Positions 60,390 through 64,000 of a stretch of 64,000 nt of DNA are shown here, piece after piece (the stretch's first letter is position 1; each line of letters opens with the position of its first letter). The notes below the pieces were generated by a model, which was given only the letters and a program-made list of their open reading frames with translations, was not told where the DNA came from and made no database searches. Position numbers and translations under genes: made by a program. The stretch is from Camelus dromedarius (Eukaryota), in the NCBI RefSeq assembly GCF_036321535.1, contig NC_087436.1, forward strand, positions 67,148,001 through 67,212,000. The letters run 5' to 3'.

Positions 60390-63300
60390 TATCTGATGTC
60401 AGCTCCAATATGTAAAGAACTTGGAAGTTATCACTTCTGTTCTTACAAAAAGAAAAAAACTGAATAAAGTGAAAAATTAACAACATTTCTTGGATCTGTC
60501 AGAGAACTAAAGTTACAGAGTGAATCATCAGCCTGAGTCAGATGAGCATTGAAACCAGTCATAGCTGAGACCTACTTACTAGCAACAGAACCCCCTGGAG
60601 CCAGAAACTGGTGGGAATACTTGAATGACAATTTTTTATTAATTTCTGGAGCCTGAGTATGTACTAGCATGAGAGTGAGAAGCTCCTGGGGGCCTCAAAT
60701 TTAGAGGGTCCACAGACATGGCTTTTACCTCTAAAAATCTCAAGTAGCAATCATAATGAAAATCCACGAAAGCTTTCGTGGCTCTCTGAAGGGAGGGGGA
60801 TGAGTAATTGTTAAATATGTCCAGTGCATTCTACATAAAAAGACCTCTTCTTGAGGGAAAATAGACTTTAACAGAGAAAGGGCACTTCTCTGCTCTCCAG
60901 CCTTCTTTAGCCTTCCTGTCTCATGCAAAGAATATTACAAATAAACAAGAAAACAATTTCTATGTTGAGAAACTGGATGGTTTTCCCCATGATCAGGAAC
61001 AAGGCAAGGTCGTCCTTTCTTACCACTCCTATCCAACATTGTTGTGGCAGTCCTAGCAGAGACAGTGAGTCAAGGAAAGGAAATAAAATGCACTTTGAAT
61101 GGAAAAGAATAAATAAAACTATATAGTTTTTTTCAGTTGACATATTGCTCATGTAGAAGATCTCAAAGAATTGACAAAATAGAACATCTTACAACTAGTC
61201 AGCCATAGAAAAAGGTTATAGAATCCCATGTTAATGTAAAAATGTCTGTTGCCTCCTAATGCCAACAATGAAATATTGGACATTTGAAAACGATGCCATT
61301 TATAATAATAGCACCAAAATGTGAAACACTTTGGTGTAAATCTAATAAAATATGTGGAGGATTTGTATGTAGAAACCTCAAATGGAAGAAACAAAAGATT
61401 TTTAAAAATGGAGAGATAATCCATGTTCGTGGATTGTAAGACTTAATACTGTTATGGTGTTAGTTCTTCCTAATTTTTTCTTTTTGTCCATCACAATTCC
61501 AGTCAAAATTCAAACAAACACTTTGTAGATATTTGCAATCTAATTTTGAAATGTATATAGAAAATGATGTCTTAGAATAGCTGACACAATACTGAAAAAG
61601 AGGAACAAAGTTGAAGGATTCACACTAACTTCAAGGCTTATTTACTCTTAAGCTTCAGTAATCAATATAGCACATTATATGTGAAAAAATGGACAAATAG
61701 ATTATAGAAAAGATGAAAGAATAATAATTGAACCACACAATATAGTCAGCTGATTTTTGGCAAATGAACAATGGGAATTCAATTGAGAAAGAATAGTCTT
61801 TTCAACGAATGGTACTTGTATAGTTGGACATCCAAATGCAAACAAACAAAAAAGCTAGACAAAGACATTTTACCTTTTACAGAAATTAACTAAAAATTAA
61901 TCATAGATCTGAATCTAAAATTAAAAGTACAGTAGTTCTAGACAATTACCTAGAAGAAAACCTCTATGACATTGAGTTTGGTTATGAGTTTTTAGATACA
62001 ACACCAAAACCACAATTCATAAAAGAAAGAAGTAGGTAAATATTAAGAAACTTCTGCTCTGTAAAGTCTCTTGTAAAGAGGATGAAAATACTGTCCATAG
62101 ACCTGGAGAAAATATTTGCAAAACATATATCTGATAAAAGATTGTCATTCAAAATACACAAAACTCCCTTAAATTCAACAACAAGAAAATAATCAATCCA
62201 ATTTAAAAAATGGGCAAACGATCTGAACAGACTGTTCACCAAGAAAGATATATAGATGGTAAATAAGCATATGAAACAATGCATTACATCATTTATCATT
62301 AGAAAATTGCAAAATTAAAACAACAAAAAGTTATACTGTGTATCTACTCTTATGTCTAAAATCCAAAAATGGACATTACCAATTGCTGGTGAGAATGCAG
62401 ATTTGCAGGAACTCTGATTCATTGCTAGAATGAATCAAAATGGTAAGGCCACTTGGGAAGACAGTTTGGCAGTTTCTCACAAAGCTAAACACTATAGTTT
62501 ATTATATGATCTAGCTATCAAAACTGGGGACATCCGTATGAACTTATGTTTAGCTTATGGATGTAGATGGTTACATATAGAAATACTTGAAGATATGCAT
62601 ATATACATAGGTTAATATGTACACATATAATGCCTTGTTCTGTCAGCTGAGAGTGCCTAGAAGCGATGAAATCCTAGTGGCAACCAGTACACTAACCACC
62701 CTGGTCTTGGTTTCAAATACTTCTATCTAATAAAGGGAGGGATCCTTGGAGAAATGGCTGATCTAGGACTGGGTTAGGAAATATACAAGATGGGCCCATG
62801 ACATCATATAGTAACAGAAATTAAGGAAGTGCTCAAACAAAAAACAAAGAAAATACACCACAATGATAAGAATATGTCAGTGGGACATAGGATCCAATAG
62901 TCAAAGCTGTAAAAATTTGATAACAAAATAAATGAAGTAGATTTGGCTTATAATCCAAAATTTAAAAAATATGTATCTAGGCGTCCATACTAAATGAATA
63001 TATGATTGAATAAATAAATAACTGAAGGATAATAGAAAAAGATTTTGTGCAGAAAAATTTCAAATAATTTATGTAGATAATTAAGTGAAGCATAGCTCCT
63101 TAGCCTATATGTGGGCTACACATAATGACTTCCTTCTATAATGTACAGTATGAAAGAGGGAGTGGTAGTGGTTATGGTAACTTTACAGTCAAGGGACCTG
63201 ATAAACACTCCCTCAACCAGGTGATCAAGGTTAACATCAACAGTGATAAGTCATTTTGGTATAAATATACCTTTGATATTATGTGATTAAATAGCACTGT

Positions 63301-63695
63301 ATCTCTTTGATCTTCCTCCCAAAACACATATCCTCAGTCTAATCATTAGAAAAACATCAGGCTAATCCAAATGTCCCAGAGGGACTAGTACTCCTTAAAA
63401 TTTTTAAGTTCACCAAAACAAGGAAGGCCTGAGAGTGTATCACAGTCAAATAGGAGCCTAAGGAGACATGATGAGTAAAAAGGATGTGATATCCTGGATG
63501 GAATCCCAGAAGAGAAGAAGAACACTAGGCAAAAACTAAGAGAATCTGGATAAACTATGGACTTCAGTTAATAATAATGTATCAGTATTGGTTTATTAAT
63601 TGTGACAACTGTACCATTCTAATGCAGGATGTTAATAACAGGGAAAACTGGGGTGGATGTATGGGAACTCTGTGCACTATGTTTAAAATAAAACA
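60390..63695 (+). mobile_element. Internally deleted ancient L1 (L1MD/L1MC3-like): 5' end, ORF2 3' half and long 3'UTR
   Basis: 5' end aagaacttggaagttatcact...aactgaataaagtgaaaa; RT region from ~60960 (tcaggaacaaggcaagg); 3'UTR ctgtcagctgagagtgcctagaagc ... gtatgggaactctgt...aaaataaaa. Confidence 0.8.
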
Positions 63696-63834
63696 CTACT
63701 TAAAACAATCGATGGAGAATTCAGTTTGATAGAATTATAATCCCTTCAGAGTGTTTGTGAAAGATAGTCATTATCAGTAGCAGCAGCAGCAGCAGCAGAA
63801 TCAATGTCAAAAATTAAATTTAAAATATAGCATT

Positions 63835-63892
63835 CAACTCCTGAAACTAATATAATATTGTAAACTATACTTTAATAAAACAAGCAAAATAT
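63835..63892 (+). mobile_element. Minimal L1 3' tail fragment
   Basis: cctgaaactaatataatattgtaaactatactttaataaaa, the extreme L1 3' end plus poly-A signal. Confidence 0.6.
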
Positions 63893-64000
63893 AGTATTCC
63901 ACAAATATAAATTACCTTAGTATGCAGAGACAAAACACAATCTGAGAAATATAAAAAAATTAAGATTCAATATACATTTTTGACCTACTAATTGATCCTA

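Noticed and set aside
63779..63799. (AGC)n trinucleotide run as a polyQ/polyS coding tract
   Set aside because: Short, with no surrounding ORF or splice signals
1..64000. Prokaryotic-type systems (operons, CRISPR arrays, retrons, defence islands)
   Set aside because: The sequence is mammalian repeat-rich DNA; no regularly spaced repeat-spacer array; the only RT is L1 ORF2

Overview
Mammalian (eutherian) genomic DNA: AT-rich and roughly half LINE-1 by my manual tally, with no intact cellular protein-coding gene that I can recognise. The L1 3' ends, an artiodactyl-type Tigger1 MITE and the lack of primate, rodent, ruminant, pig or carnivore SINEs suggest a camelid. That species call is inference from recalled repeat sequences, not a database result. 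The window opens with a CpG-island promoter (~675-1280) that has splice donors pointing both ways, so it is probably bidirectional. The rest looks like intronic or intergenic sequence of a possible + strand non-coding transcript. It contains: (1) a three-level nested L1 cluster (9.4-18.3 kb); (2) a young full-length ~7.1 kb L1 on the - strand (21616-28705) with TSD, YY1 site and CpG-rich 5'UTR, whose ORF1 and ORF2 are inactivated largely by CGA>TGA stops; (3) an older 3'-truncated L1 (44.5-50.5 kb); (4) an internally deleted L1MD/MC-like element (60.4-63.7 kb); (5) Tigger, LTR33-like, L2, MIR and microsatellite sequences. Almost all long ORFs in the track are L1 fragments or their antisense shadows. 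I cannot support a new multi-gene system. The best leads are an ORF0-like antisense ORF with a splice donor in the young L1 5'UTR, long inter-ORF regions with in-frame ORF2 extensions, a 57-bp orphan copy of L1 5'UTR sequence (possible templated insertion), and a ~90-bp hairpin/MITE near the promoter. Repeat family names come from memory of consensus sequences, and boundaries of old repeats are approximate.
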